In this document: positions 11,401-24,995 of the stretch, piece after piece | How the letters are laid out: the number at the start of each line of letters is the position of its first letter | Numbering within the stretch: position 1 is the first letter of the stretch | Assembly: GCF_000143415.4 (NCBI RefSeq) | Contig: NW_003314277.1 | Coordinates: forward strand, 2,130,043 to 2,194,042 | From: Selaginella moellendorffii | Lineage: Eukaryota; Plantae; Lycopodiophyta | Direction: 5' to 3' | Length of the DNA stretch: 64,000 nt | The notes under the pieces: model-generated | Told to the model about the DNA's origin: nothing | Database searches by the model: none | Seen by the model: only the letters and a program-made list of their open reading frames with translations | Position numbers and translations under genes: made by a program

Positions 11401-14400
11401 TTCATCTCTGAGTGAGTTGCCGGGCTAAAACACCGCATCTTTTGACGAACTGGTTTGGCTGACTTTGAAAGCATAATACTGTGCATGATTGTGTCCATGG
11501 GAACTCCTAGAAGCTAGCTGTAGTCCCAAGCAAACACGTCCTTGAAACAGTGGAGTAGATCCAAGAGCTTTGCTGCGTTTGTTGAAGCAAGTGATGTGGC
11601 TTGTCATCACCTAGGAAAACAACATGAACCCTAGAGTGTAGAGAAACCTTGGGCTTAGGGGGCTCATCTATCTTATATTCCTCCCTAACCTTGGAAACCA
11701 AAGATCAGGGAGTGCCTTTTGCCCCTTGCATCATGGTGATTGCTTGATGTGATAGCTTGTTTGCCCAAAAGTTTTCTTCATGAGGGACACTTTGAAAAGT
11801 CACCTGAGAGAACTCATTCTTTAGGTTGATTGCCCGCTGGTATAGCTCTTTCAGGTTCTCTTTGCGGACTTAGTATTCTCTAGTAAGTTGACGTATGATG
11901 AGTTGCGCATCTCCAATGAAAGTGACTCGCCTAAACTTGAGATCTATGGCCAACTTCATGGCATTGATAGCTGCCAAGTACTCTGCTTCATTAGCTGATG
12001 TTGCTAGCAAAGTGATAGAAAGGTCGGCTACTTTGTTCTCCGCAGAATCAATCATCCAAACTCCAATGCCGGCAACCTGGTTTTTGAGGCAGAAAGCACT
12101 ATCAAAATAAGCTATGATCATAGGAGTGTCCTCTTTTTCAAATAAATATGCTAGGGACACCACATCCAGCAAGACCGTCTCTGGCAAGTCAGGCAAGAAC
12201 GTTGTTGTTGGATCCGGAGTCTTTGTCTATTGTTCTCTTTGCTTTTGATGCTCTGAGTGCTCAATATCCAATGCAAGGACTGTAGCCAAGTACTTTGCAA
12301 GTGAAGGAAGATCCTCTATCGAAGTCAAGTCCAAGTCCGGTGCTAAAGTTTCAATGTAATACACTTGGATCTGTATCGGGAGCTCCATGGTAGGAAATTT
12401 TGAACTCAAAGAGCTATAACTCACATGTAGCACGTCCAATTGGCTTGATTCTTTCTGCCAGTTGTGTGTTTAAATGTCATCTTCCGTCTCCAAGAAACAG
12501 CATGACAACATATGCTTAGAGTCATCAGCTACTGCGATTTAAGTAGGAAGATGCTGGCTGTGTGACACCTTAGATAGTTGCTGAGGAGAATTGAGTTCAG
12601 CTGTGTCCTGTGAAAGATGGGCCTGGTCTGGAGTGACTGTGTCATCAAGCTCCATAAGAAAGAGTTGGTCCCATGCAAGAAACAAATCAAGAAGCCCTTC
12701 CTCTATCAAGAAACACTCCGAAATGCTAGATATGGGAGTCCGTACCCTATAAGCCCCGCCATCAAATAAAGAGGGCGTGGTGAGAGGCTCGACCTTACTC
12801 TCAAATAAAGAGAGTGAAGCTGAGAGATGTCTCGAGCTATCTGACTCACCTCCAACCATGTCAATCGCATTGCATGAGAAAACATCCGTCATATAGATGG
12901 TTGACTCCACCGCCAATTCAGGAAAAACCTTTGTGAGCTTAGGAGGGAAGTGTGGTGTGGAGGCCATCTTAGCCTAAGCCTGCTGGGCTTGCTGAGAAAG
13001 AGCTCTGCTGTGGTTGTTGAGAAAGGTGGCGCTATAGGTTCCATCGCTAATTTCCATCTTGCCTTGTGTGCTGTCAATGGTGAAATGGGCTGTGACTTGC
13101 CATGAGCGGCTGAGGATGATAGAGTCCTTCAAAGAGGATGTTCCAAGATGTTGGTAGTCAACCATGAGGAAATCCACCTTAGAAATAACACCCTACATTG
13201 AGACCTTGACACCGCAGCAAATGCCCACTAGAGGAATAGTGTGGTTGGCAAAGGTCTTGAGCACGATGGAGGAGCTCTCAGTGATCTGTAGCTGTGTTGA
13301 AAGGGCAGCTTCGAGAGAGATAATGTTGCTTCCAGAACCAGAGTCAACCAAAGCATCCACCCTACAAGAGGAAGTACCAATCTATGCCGGGACGAAAAAT
13401 GGACCAGGATCTCCACCATATCTTGTCATGTCGACAATGTGCACATCTTGAGGAGTCCTCTTGAGAGTGCTCTCTAGTGTTCCTGACCGTGCAAACTCCT
13501 CTAAACACTGGCCGAATCTCGGGACAAGACACAACATGTCTCGGAGTGAAAAGGTGATGGGAGTGTCAACCAGCTATTGAAGAACTGGCTCCAGAACAGG
13601 AATAGATATTGGTGAGATCTCAGGAGGGGAAGAGAGTAGTGACTTGAAGGGGAGCTTACAAGCCACCCTCTGTGTCACTGGATTTGGTGCTGATAGAGAT
13701 TCACTCTCAACTGACGTCGGGGGATCGATGCCGGGCTGAGCGGCTGCCTTCTTCTTCGCTTGGGCTTGAGTGGCTGCAGTTTGCTGCTGTTGCCTATAGA
13801 GTTCCTCGGCTACCAAAATCGTGTTGACCGATGAGGCTGGTGCCTTGCCTTTGCTTGACGAAGGGGTTGCCTTAATTGCTTGTCACTCCAACTGCTCCTG
13901 ATATGTCTTTGGACCCCGAGACAATGTGGAGTTATCAGCGAAGGGATGTTGTTGGACACGTTGAGAAGGTGGAGGCCGAAGCTCTGGGTGAAGCTTGAAG
14001 CAACACTGTGTGTTATATGTGTTCGTCTCACAGTGAGTGCACCAACGGGACTTAAATCTGCGTTCCCAAGCTGTAGTGGCCTCTTTCCTGGACTCCATCA
14101 GCTCCTAGAGCAGTTTGTCATGGTGTGACTGTTGCTGAAGAATGATCTCCTTCAACAGCCGCATCTCGTTGGCAAAGTTCTCAATAGCTGGAGGTCTATG
14201 CTCAATAACAATAGGCTTTGTTGTGGATGGGCGAACAACTGCACAAGGTGACTCTAATGGGGTGATGGCTTGGTCAAAATCAACTCTAGCAATCCCTAGG
14301 TCAACAAGAAGTTCTCTTTCCAACTTCGTGGCAAATGAAAATGCTTCATGGCAAGACCTGAATGTCTTCTTAAGAAGTTTTCGCTGCAAGTTCCCATATA

Positions 14401-14903
14401 GACCCGCTATGAATGCTGTGATCCCCTGTTTCTCATCTTGGACCACTCTACAATCCCAACACTGCTTCCAATATGCTCGAAACTGGGTGATGTAGTCAGC
14501 AACAGACTCGTGAGCACCCTGCCGGAACGAAAAGAGGTCGACAAGTAGCTGATTTTTGGGTTTTTCTTCAACAAAATGTTCCCTGAAAGAAGCAAGTAGC
14601 ACATATGATCATCGTCAATGATCATGTTTGTGGTGCAGTAATAATCAAAGCGACTGATATGCAATGTTGGAGAGACTGTTCTAACACCTAAGGTTGGCAG
14701 ATCACTCCCCTTCTACAGAACATGGAGCTGAGGTCAAGCTAAAGGTGGCTGCACCATAGCTCATAGATCTAAGTCACTAGAATCTACAGAGGATGAAGAG
14801 GACTTGGCCCGAGAAGGTGCAGTGTCGTACCTAAGTTGCCTTTGGATGTTAGAAGTTTACTCCGTACCTTAGGGCTTTGAGGTATGGTAAAAGGGTGCCA
14901 ATT
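8452..14903 (-). mobile_element. Decayed Tat-clade gypsy, order gag-PR-aRH-RT-RH-INT; its 3' region continues left of 2867
   Basis: Gag 14105-14700, protease DALVDSGSGSN near 13340-13360, archaeal-like RNase H 11870-12196, RT VYMDDL near 10982-10999, integrase fragments 9248-10378 (DYFTKWVEA, SDRGSSF, YYPECNGQAE). PBS-like TGGCACCC at 14900-14893 next to ...TGCGACA. Many stops and frameshifts. Confidence 0.85.
11870..12196 (-). pseudogene. Archaeal-like RNase H (aRH) domain of the Tat element
   Basis: AYFDSAF..AGIGV..TSANEAEYLAAI.AMKLA..IGDAQLIIRQL matches the archaeal-type RNase HI motif FDG..TNNxAEYxA..GDSQLV. Confidence 0.85.
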
Positions 14904-15132
14904 TGTCGCACGCCTGGTTTGTACCGGCATCAAATACCCTGAACATTGCAAATGCCCGGTCAAGGCAACTGGGCTGTCATGAGCAAGAAGATTGTAGACT
15001 TGTGCTCAAGCTGCTCAAATTTGCCCAAAATGCCTATGACAAAGAGTAATAAGGGTGAAAATGGAAGGAGACGTAAGCATCAAGCGCACATAACCATTGA
15101 CTTGTAGAGTAAGTGCTAACCTCTCGAAGTAG

Positions 15133-15320
15133 CCGGTAACCAGTAACCAGTAACTAGTAACTAGTAACTAGGAACCTATAACCTATAATCAGTAACCCCT
15201 TACTCTTACTCCTACTCCTGCACCTACCCAACACCAACTCTTACCCCTACGCCTGCTCCTACCCCCACACTAATTTCTGTTCTTGCTCCTGTTCCTGTTC
15301 CTACGCTTACTCCTGTTCCT
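15133..15320. repeat. Heptamer (TAACYAG)n array followed by hexamer (CTCCTR-like)n array; related copy at about 2594-2690
   Basis: ggtaaccagtaaccagtaactagtaactag... followed by actcttactcctactcctgc...; the same two-part arrangement occurs near 2600. Confidence 0.7.
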
Positions 15321-15655
15321 TGAAGATTGCTTCATTCCCAAGGAACTCCCAACAAAGTTGGGCCCAAAAAAGAAAAATGAGTCCTTTAGTCTCGATCCTT
15401 CCCCATTTTGACTGTTGGTGGGCTTGTTGGAAAGGGCTCAGCCCCATCTGTTGCAGGGGTAAAGGTACCTATACCGGGCTGTTAGGCCACAGTGTTTCGC
15501 CCCGACGTCCTGAAGCAAGTGTTGCACCCAAGGCTTAGGATTTAAAGGGTCCCATGATCAAGTCTTGTTGTACCAAGGGTTAGGAATCTGGAGGCTTGGT
15601 GTGCTTGGCTGTTTGTGCTTGCGGGGAGTGTAGCCGAAGCTGGGGGGGGGGGAGC

Positions 15656-16697
15656 TGTAGGGGTTCCAAAAGTATAGTAGGGAGAGTGTGGGGGTTGGAC
15701 CCTAGTGGAGCTAATTTGGCCAGAAAAGGCTAATTTGGCCCAAGAAAGTTGTATCCAGGTGTTAGGTGATGGGATAACCACTGGGAAGTCCAAGGCTAGA
15801 GTGAATACGGACTGAAAAGCGGGGTAGCTTGGTGAAGTGTTCAAGAGTCGACTCTAATTCCCGCAGGAGATTGAATGGTCGATACTCCCAGTCCAAACGT
15901 GAGTGGCACTACCTACTTGGATATTTGGCGTGGCTCAACAGAACCTCACTCTAAGCCCATGGTTAGAGCACCCAAAAGCGGGAGGTGGGGAGAGTACCCA
16001 TGAGGCTCGCGGCTCAACAGAACCTCACTCTAAGCCCATGGTTAGAGCACCCAAAAGCGGGAGGTGGGGAGAGTACCCATGAGGCTCGCATAGGGCCACA
16101 GTGTTCCGAAATGTTGTCACAAAGTCCCAGACTATGGAAAGATAGAGGAGTAGTCCTCTGGTGTAGTGACCAAAGATACGGTCATATGGTAAGAGAGTCC
16201 CAGAGGACCGTAGGACTTAGTGGTCGAGCCTATGGGCCTTAATCCAGTGGCAGTGTTGGTGAACATGGCCATGGATACAAAGGGACTTCGTGGGGACTGG
16301 AACAGGGATATTGGGGAAAGCTATTCCCCATATCTGTAGGCATTCTAAGGATGCTAAAGAGTGGATCTAGGATGATCACTCTTAGACGGAAGGCCTAGTC
16401 TTTAATAGATGTGACTGTGATATAGATGGTGTAGACCACCGGCATAACCAAGGTGAAGGGGCATAGCCTTAGCATAACAGGCTGATATGTTAGTGGTACC
16501 TTGGGGTGTCAACTATGGGATTGGATATGTAGAGCACTTGGACTAAGTACAAAGGTTGAGTGGCATGGATGCCATTATCAGGGATAGCAAGCCTCAAGTT
16601 TGGAATAGGATTTATGGAAGTTGTGAGTGAGACTCGTTCAAGTGATTGGAGGTGTGGTTAAGTGACTAAAGTAGAATGGAAAATTTAGTCGCTTATA
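15656..16697 (+). repeat. LTR family A core, preceded by a poly-G PPT-like tract
   Basis: Starts TGTAGGGGTTCCAAAAGTATAGTAGGG after the G-run at 15642-15654. Reverse-complement homolog of 30336-31296. Contains an exact 79-bp tandem duplication (15932-16089). Confidence 0.85.
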
Positions 16698-16790
16698 CCT
16701 TGAGCAATAGATACAATCTTTCTTGCTTATAGTAAATAAGTTCGTCTTGAATAAAAAAGTGAACATTTGCATTGGCAAAATTTTTAACTT

Positions 16791-17464
16791 TGTAGTGCAC
16801 ATTATTTCTCTCCCCTTAAGCCAATTGGAAAAAGAGTAATTGCTTGATGAGAGAGCCTTTAGTGGCTATTTTATCCTCATTTATCCCTCAAAGTTCCAAG
16901 GATCTATAGTGATAGTATATCCAAATTTCATCCCATGATCATATGCATTACACTCACCTTTGCTTCATAAATGTTAATGTCCTCATTGACTATTGACTAA
17001 CAACCTTTATTGAGCCAAGGGGAACCAACATTTTCATTTTCGCACTAAATCTACCAATCTTTCTATTGTGTAGACTAATTATTCCATGTAAGGCAACTAA
17101 TCATCCACCTATACTGCAGTCCCATGGTGGATACCTTCATCTATGGATACTCCACACAAAAGGAAGGACGTACATATGGATGCCCAATGCATACAATTTC
17201 AAATTTAGGGGTAGGAATATACTTTACTCAAGGGTATATTACATTTTTAAATAACCACTAATCAATAGGAATCGAATCTATCCCATTTGCTTCGATACTA
17301 TATATAGTACACCTTATCTCTTTCCCCTTAAGCCAACTAGAAAAGGGGTAATTACTTGATGAGAGAGCTCTCAATGGCTATTTTATCTCCATTTATTCCT
17401 CAAGGTTCCAAGTATCCACAATGATAGTATATCCAAATTTCATCCCATGATCACATACATTATA
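16791..17464 (-). mobile_element. TRIM (674 bp, 162-bp LTRs) inserted in a decayed pol
   Basis: Direct repeats 16791-16952 and 17303-17464 (TGTAGTGCA...TGCATTACA), TSD AACTT/AGCTT, degenerate Met PBS (TAGTATCGAAGC) at about 17289-17300. Confidence 0.8.
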
Positions 17465-19709
17465 AGCTTTTACCGCTTCACTACCAAGGTTTTGCTTTGA
17501 CAACTCCACATAGTGTAAGATTACCTTTGCCAACAAATCACTTTTATAAGAAGCCTGAACATCCTCCAACCACTCCAAACCAACTGCCGATATTGCCCGG
17601 AACTGAGCTTGATGACTCAATGCATCTAAAACAACATTGTCTTTACTAGATCTATATACTATTTCAAGATTGAATTTAGCGAGCTTCTTTTGCCAATGAG
17701 CTTGCTTCAACATAAGCTTTGGCTGCGTTGTAAAATAGCTTAGTGTGTTATTATTTGTATAAACTTTGTTATGTCCATCCAAATAGTGTTTCTAATGTTC
17801 TAATACTGATATTATAGCAAATATCTCTTTCTTATGCATAGGCTATCTTCATTGAGTTTCATCCAGTTTTTTAGAGTAAAACACAATAAAACAATTGTGT
17901 CGCCTTAGCGTAATACCAACCGTATTATCACAATCTTGCTGCAACATGGCACCTATAACATAGCTAAATGCATTGCAATGCACTTTAATGGGCTTATCAA
18001 GATCTAGGATCCTAAGAATAGGAACCATAGTGAAGATCTTCTTCAATTGTACAAAAGCAAGCTAACAAGTTAATGTCCAATGAAATAGTATACTACCCTT
18101 CATTAACTTAGTCAATAGAAGAGTAACACTTGCAAAATTATGAATAAACTTGCAATAATATCCCACCAAACCAAGAAAGGAATGAACATTTAATACAATA
18201 GTCAAAACTTTCTAGGACTTCACCACTTTTACCTTCTTTGGATCCACCTTGATTATGCTATTACCAAGTATATGCCTAAGAAAGTTCACATGCAATTGTC
18301 CAAAAGCGCATTAACTTTCCTTAGCATATAGTTTATGTTCACACAACTTCTGAAACACTAACTCCAAGTGTTTCAAACAGTCCTCCAACATTTCACTAAA
18401 GACTAAAACATTATTGATATATAGAACAATAAATGTGTCCAAATAATCTCTGAATATTCTATCCATCATTATACTAAATGTAGCTAGGGTATTATATAAC
18501 TCGAATAACATAATAAAGAACTCATAGGACCTATAATGAGTCTTAAAGGGTATCTTCTCCACATGTTGATCTGCCACCTATATTTAAGAATACCTAGACC
18601 CCAAATCAAGTCACATAAAATATTTAATCTTTAAGAGTTTGTCAAACAAGTTATTAATGCAATGCAAGGATAATTTTTCTTGATTGTAATCTTGTTAAGA
18701 GCCCAATAATCGATACACATCCTCATGGTACCATCCTTTTTTATAACAAAAAAGACCAATATTTTATAAAATGACTTACTTAGACAAATATAACATTTAT
18801 TAAGGAGCTTTATGAGTTGCTTCTTGAGTTTAACCATCTCCTTGATGTTTAAATGCTATGGAGCTGTAAATGGTTTAAAACTTGGAAAAATCTCAATCTA
18901 ATAATCAATCTCACAGCTAGAGGGTAGCCTTGGTGGCAAATCCTTTGAAAAGATATTTTAATTCCTTGCCAAAAATTTTAATATTTCCCTTGTTACAAAA
19001 TCAACCCTATCATCAATTTAAACAAGGTCACCATCACCTTTAGTTTCCATCACTTGAACCCAAAAGGTCCAACATCCCTTTTTAGTTGCTTTTTGAGCAA
19101 CTATCACAATAAAAAATTTAGCATCCTAATCAATATGTCCTTCTGACCTCAATGTTATATGATTTTGTCCAACACCATATATCCTTTAGATATACTTGTT
19201 AAAGAAATCCATACCAAATATCATTTAAAAGTTTGGTATCCTTAACATTACCTTTCTTTCCACTTGGATATCTTTATAGGAACATCATTTACAAAATTTT
19301 TTGCTACTTGTTTACTTTTTGCAAACCAAAAGTGTATGGGTATATCTGCTCAGTTTTCAATTCTAACAACTTAACTAAGTCTTCAGATATTATACTATGC
19401 ATAACTTCTTTGTTAATCATCACTTGGATTCAATGTCTATGGACAAAGCCTCTGAGATATATTAATGGATTAGTGTTTGCATTGACTATGAAAAAAGCTT
19501 GAGGAAAATAACTCACCTCCTCCTCCTCATAATCTGCATTAACCAATTTTTTAATCCCTTTAGCTTTACCACCACTATATTCCTCTATAACATTGACATA
19601 AGATTTTGTCTTATACTTGTTGAGACATTCCAAGGACATATGTCTTGCCTCCCCACAACGGAACCCATTCCATTAAGAGTAGGTTTCGCAAGTTGTTTCT
19701 ATTTGTACC
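17465..19709 (-). pseudogene. Heavily decayed gypsy gag(CCHC)-PR-RT-RNase H
   Basis: Fragments [32 protein letters not shown] (YIDD eroded), VHCNAFSYVIGAML, and a CGEARHMSLEC knuckle near 19630-19660. Confidence 0.85.
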
Positions 19710-21231
19710 TGTAAACAACTAAATTTTCCATTTTACTTTAGTCACTTAATCATATCTTTGATTACTTGGAAGTGTTTCACTCACAAGCTCTATAAGTTCT
19801 ATTCCTAACTTAGGAGTAGGCTAGTCTTATAAATGGCATCTATGCCACACAACCTTTACACTTGGCCTAAATGGTCCATACGTCCAATCCCACTATAAAC
19901 ACTCAAAGGTATGACTAACATATCAACCCATTATATTAATGCTATATCTATTCACTTTTATCTTATTGGTAGTCCAAGACCACCTATACCACAAACCCAT
20001 CTCACAAAGAGTAAGCCATCTGTCTATGAATGGTCACCCCCTGACCACACTTTAGCACCCTTAGGATGCCTAGAGACATGGGGAACACCCTTCCCCAATA
20101 TCCCTCCATCAATCCCCACCAAGTCCCACTCTATCCATGGTAGTGTTTATTAACACTGCCACTGAGTCAAGGCCTAAAGGCTTGACCACTAAGTCCCATT
20201 GACATCTAGGACTTCCTCACCATATGATCATGCCCTTGGTCTCTACACAAGAAGACTCCTTTCCATAATCTGGAATTTTGGGACAATATTTCGAAACACC
20301 ATAGCCCTACACAAACCCTGTGGGTACTCTCCCAACATTTTACCTTAGGGTGCACTAGCTATATAGCTAGAGTGAGGTTTCAATGAGCCACACTAGGTAT
20401 CCAAGCAGGTAATACCACCTATACTTGGATTGGGAGCATCGACCATTCGATCTCCTGAGGTAGCTAGAGCGACTCTTAAATACTTCACTAAGTGACCCCA
20501 TATGTCTGCCCGTGTTCACCCTAACTTTGTACTCCTCAATGGTTATATCATCACCCACTACATGGGTATAACGATTTTTGGTCACACTAGCCTTTCCTGG
20601 CTAAACTGGTTCCACTGGAATCCTCCCCCTACTATCCTTTTGGAGCTTACCAAACCCTATAGGGTCTAGGAGACGATAGCTTTGGGCTTTCACCCTCAGA
20701 CTGGGAATGGGACTCAGACTCGAACTCAGACTCGGTCTTGATCTCGGTCTCGGTCTTAGCCTTGGTCTCGTCCTTGATCTAGAACCTGGTCTCAATTTCC
20801 ATCTTGGACTCAACCTCGGGCTCTATCTCAGACTCCATGTCGAACTCTAACTCAGACTCTTTCTTAGACTCCATCTCCGGATTCCAACTTGGAATCCATC
20901 TTTGGTCCATCTCAGGTCCATCTTGAACTCCAACTCAGACTCCATCTCTAATCCATCTCGGATCCATCTTGAATTCCATCTTAGGTCCATCTCATACTTG
21001 GTCCCAACACTTCCATGTATCATATGTTGGTCCTCTTATATCCCTTTTTTAAAGGCTCACTTATTGATTGCTTCATGCTTGTTCCTCAAACACTTCATTG
21101 GGAGTTCCACTCCCATTCTTGACTTTTTGAGTTAGAGCTTTTAATCCAAATATGTTATGTTTATTTGGCCAACCACTACCACATGGCACCCTCTTGGCTC
21201 CACTTTGGGGCTTAGGGATTTGTGTCTCACA
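19710..21231 (-). repeat. Long form of family A LTR (core plus 12-mer repeat module), probable solo LTR
   Basis: Collinear with 30336-31923, TG...CA ends, interrupts the decayed gag. TSD not convincing. Confidence 0.75.
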
Positions 21232-23206
21232 ACTCCACCACCTATATATAAAGTTTGATGTCCTTATCAAACAATAAATCATTTCATAAAGTAACCCCAT
21301 TATAGATTATCATTTTCCTTAGCACCAAGCTAATATTCGTCAATGGTTTGATATTGAAGGCTCACTATGTCTTTCCCATCCTCTAAGGAGCATAGTCTCT
21401 CCAATTTAGAGTCTCATTAGATCACATATGATAGTTCTCTCCCTTTGTTTGTTTAGTTCTCACTAAACCTGTTAAAGGCACCTCCTTTATCTCAATCTTA
21501 CTACTCATTTCAAAGTAGTCCCAACTTGCATTGCACATATTATGCAAACTCCACTTCCCCATCCTAAGAAATCTTTCAATTAAGGGCATCATCATCTTCT
21601 CTTTTACTTCGTGTCACTCTAGGCACGAAAATCCACTTATCCATAATTTGTGTTAAAGCTGTCTATAGCTCTTTTATTTGGCTACCTTGCTACTCCATCT
21701 CTTAGAGCTTTTACATTCACCATATTGGAACATTTAGGAAATCCATTTTTGGAAATATATTTTTTTTCCCACAATCCATTAACATTCACCACATGGGTGT
21801 TCTTTGCCTAACTTGCTATTTGGATTCTTCTATTAATTTTCATGACCCATTTTTGGCCACTAATCTTTGTTCCTATCCTTTGATTATTGCACCAAATAAC
21901 ATAGGATCACTACCTCCATTTTTAAGGTATCATTTCAATTCCATAGCAAAGGCTCTAGTTTGCCAAGTCTAAGGAGTGTTCACCCCTAGTAATTCTCTTT
22001 AGCATTTTCTACTATGAGCTCTATCCATAGCTTAATGTTGCGACCTCCTATAGGTCCTTCCTTAGAGACTATTTTTTTAGACTCATAATACCATTGCATT
22101 GCCACAACTTATTTCCCTTAGGTGTCCTTCTCACTTGGTCACCTTAACCAAGTCACACCATACCATTTGTTCAAATCACTACTTTGAATTAAGAGCATTA
22201 TTTCTTAACCCACCAAGGAGCTTATCCTTGATTATCAACCATTGAATCACCTAGTGATTTTACATAAACAATTTAATGGTTTATCAATAGGCACTAGGTC
22301 TACCAAACCTCTAAGTTGTTGACCATGACCCCAAAGGCATCCCCCACACTTGGCAATGTGCCCAAGCCAGCCTTTCAGCCAAGGATCTATAGCAATTGAG
22401 AATGAGTGTCCCCATCTTATTCACTACATCCTCGGTGTCACTTGCACTAGAATATTCAAGTTAGATATGCTGAGCTTTCACACTAAACACTATAATAATA
22501 CATTATGACTTTGGGGCATCCCCTACTTGGCAGTATGCTTAAGCTAGCCTCCTTACTAAAAGGCTATAACCATTGAAAAATGAGTATCCTCATATTCCAA
22601 ACCATCACCACACCTTAGTAAGTTAGGACTTGAACTCAAGAAATAAAGGGTTAGGACTTAAACCTAACTTCCATATATGTATCTATGGACAGCATCACTT
22701 AGGATGCTTGGCATGACTCCCCACACCAGTGCACTAACTTATATCTAACATACACTACAAATCATAGTTTAGGAATAATTCCTCTGAGTTTCTAAGTCCT
22801 ATTTCTTGACAAGGTAATTGACCCACGTATGATCATGCATGGACTCCTTCATGCTTGGCCCCATGGGCCACACTCTTTGTAACGCACATGAATTTGGAGC
22901 TGAACTCCAAGCTTATTGCACTATGAAACGAGGGTCTGGTACAATCCCACGAGCATCAGCTCCCCGTATCCAGCACTTGCATGCAAAATGGTGGCAGATG
23001 GAGTCTGGCACAATTTTGGCATACCGGTGGCCTAACGCGAGGAGGAGGGTACCCCACCGACTAGAGCAGCGTGGAGCTTGGGCTTAAACCCAAGCCGGAC
23101 ACAGAACAAGGAGCAACACAACCTAGCGGGAGCCAAACTAATGTCTCAAGTGGTCGGACATGCATTCCAACCACTATCCCTACTATACATTTGGAACCCC
23201 CCATAG

Positions 23207-24736
23207 CCACTCCAAACCAACTGCCGATATTGCCCGGAACTGAGCTTGATGACTCAATGCATCTAAAACAACATTGTCTTTACTAGATCTATATACTATT
23301 TCAAGATTGAATTTAGCGAGCTTCTTTTGCCAATGAGCTTGCTTCAACATAAGCTTTAGCTGCGTTGTAAAATAGCTTAGTGTGTTATTATTTGTATAAA
23401 CTTTGTTATGTCCATCCAAATAGTGTTTCTAATGTTCTAATACTGATATTATAGCAAATATCTCTTTCTTATGCATAGGCTATCTTCATTGAGTTTCATC
23501 CAGTTTTTTAGAGTAAAACACAATAAAACAATTGTGTCGCTTTAGCGTAATACCAACCGTATTATCACAATCTTGCTGCAACATGGCACCTATAACATAG
23601 CTAAATGCATTGCAATGCACTTTAATGGGCTTATCAAGATCTAGGATCCTAAGAATAGGAACCATAGTGAAGATCTTCTTCAATTGTACAAAAGCAAGCT
23701 AACAAGTTAATGTCCAATGAAATAGTATACTACCCTTCATTAACTTAGTCAATAGAAGAGTAACACTTGCAAAATTATGAATAAACTTGCAATAATATCC
23801 CACCAAACCAAGAAAGGAATGAACATTTAATACAATAGTCAAAACTTTCTAGGACTTCACCACTTTTACCTTCTTTGGATCCACCTTGATTATGCTATTA
23901 CCAAGTATATGCCTAAGAAAGTTCACATGCAATTGTCCAAAAGCGCATTAACTTTCCTTAGCATATAGTTTATGTTCACACAACTTCTGAAACACTAACT
24001 CCAAGTGTTTCAAACAGTCCTCCAACATTTCACTAAAGACTAAAACATTATTGATATATAGAACAATAAATGTGTCCAAATAATCTCTGAATATTCTATC
24101 CATCATTATACTAAATGTAGCTAGGGTATTATATAACTCGAATAACATAATAAAGAACTCATAGGACCTATAATGAGTCTTAAAGGGTATCTTCTCCACA
24201 TATTGATCTGCCACCTATATTTAAGAATACCTAGACCCCAAATCAAGTCACATAAAATATTTAATCTTTAAGAGTTTGTCAAACAAGTTATTAATGCAAT
24301 GCAAGGATAATTTTTCTTGATTGTAATCTTGTTAAGAGCCCAATAATCGATACACATCCTCATGGTACCATCCTTTTTTATAACAAAAAAGACCAATATT
24401 TTATAAAATGACTTACTTAGACAAATATAACATTTATTAAGGAGCTTTATGAGTTGCTTCTTGAGTTTAACCATCTCCTTGATGTTTAAATGCTATGGAG
24501 CTGTAAATGGTTTAAAACTTGGAAAAATCTCAATCTAATAATCAATCTCACAGCTAGAGGGTAGCCTTGGTGGCAAATCCTTTGAAAAGATATTTTAATT
24601 CCTTGCCAAAAATTTTAATATTTCCCTTGTTACAAAATCAACCCTATCATCAATTTAAACAAGGTCACCATCACCTTTAGTTTCCATCACTTGAACCCAA
24701 AAGGTCCAACATCCCTTTTTAGTTGCTTTTTGAGCA
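23207..24736 (+). repeat. 1530-bp near-identical direct copy of 17570-19099
   Basis: Constant 5637-bp offset between four ORF pairs; only three substitutions seen by eye. Confidence 0.95.
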
Positions 24737-24995
24737 TCCATTGTGTTTAGGCCGATCTCTACATTCCGTAAAAATGCCAAATGAGCAAATCTAGACACTT
24801 TCCATAATTAGCATTTGGGACAGGTATGAGACTAACAATAAGGGCGTGATAGCGAGGGTGTTTGGAAGAATCGGTAAGCTATCATACTGCATTATCGAGG
24901 GACTAGTCTATACACGCAAGGGTTCTTGCCCAACCAGTGACAAACAGAAAAAAAGAGAACACACAAGCTAGGCCAAGTATGCTTGGCTAAATAGA

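Noticed and set aside
15133-15195. Interstitial telomere repeat
   Set aside because: The unit is TAACYAG, not the plant CCCTAAA, and it is embedded in retroelement sequence.
14904-16697. A single 1.8-kb solo LTR, or the LTR partner of 1875-2061
   Set aside because: No TSD (CAATT vs CCTTG) and no similarity to 1875-2061; the boundary is unresolved.
22615-22670. tRNA or SINE (B-box-like GAGTTCAAGTCC on the minus strand)
   Set aside because: No A box, cloverleaf, tail or TSD.
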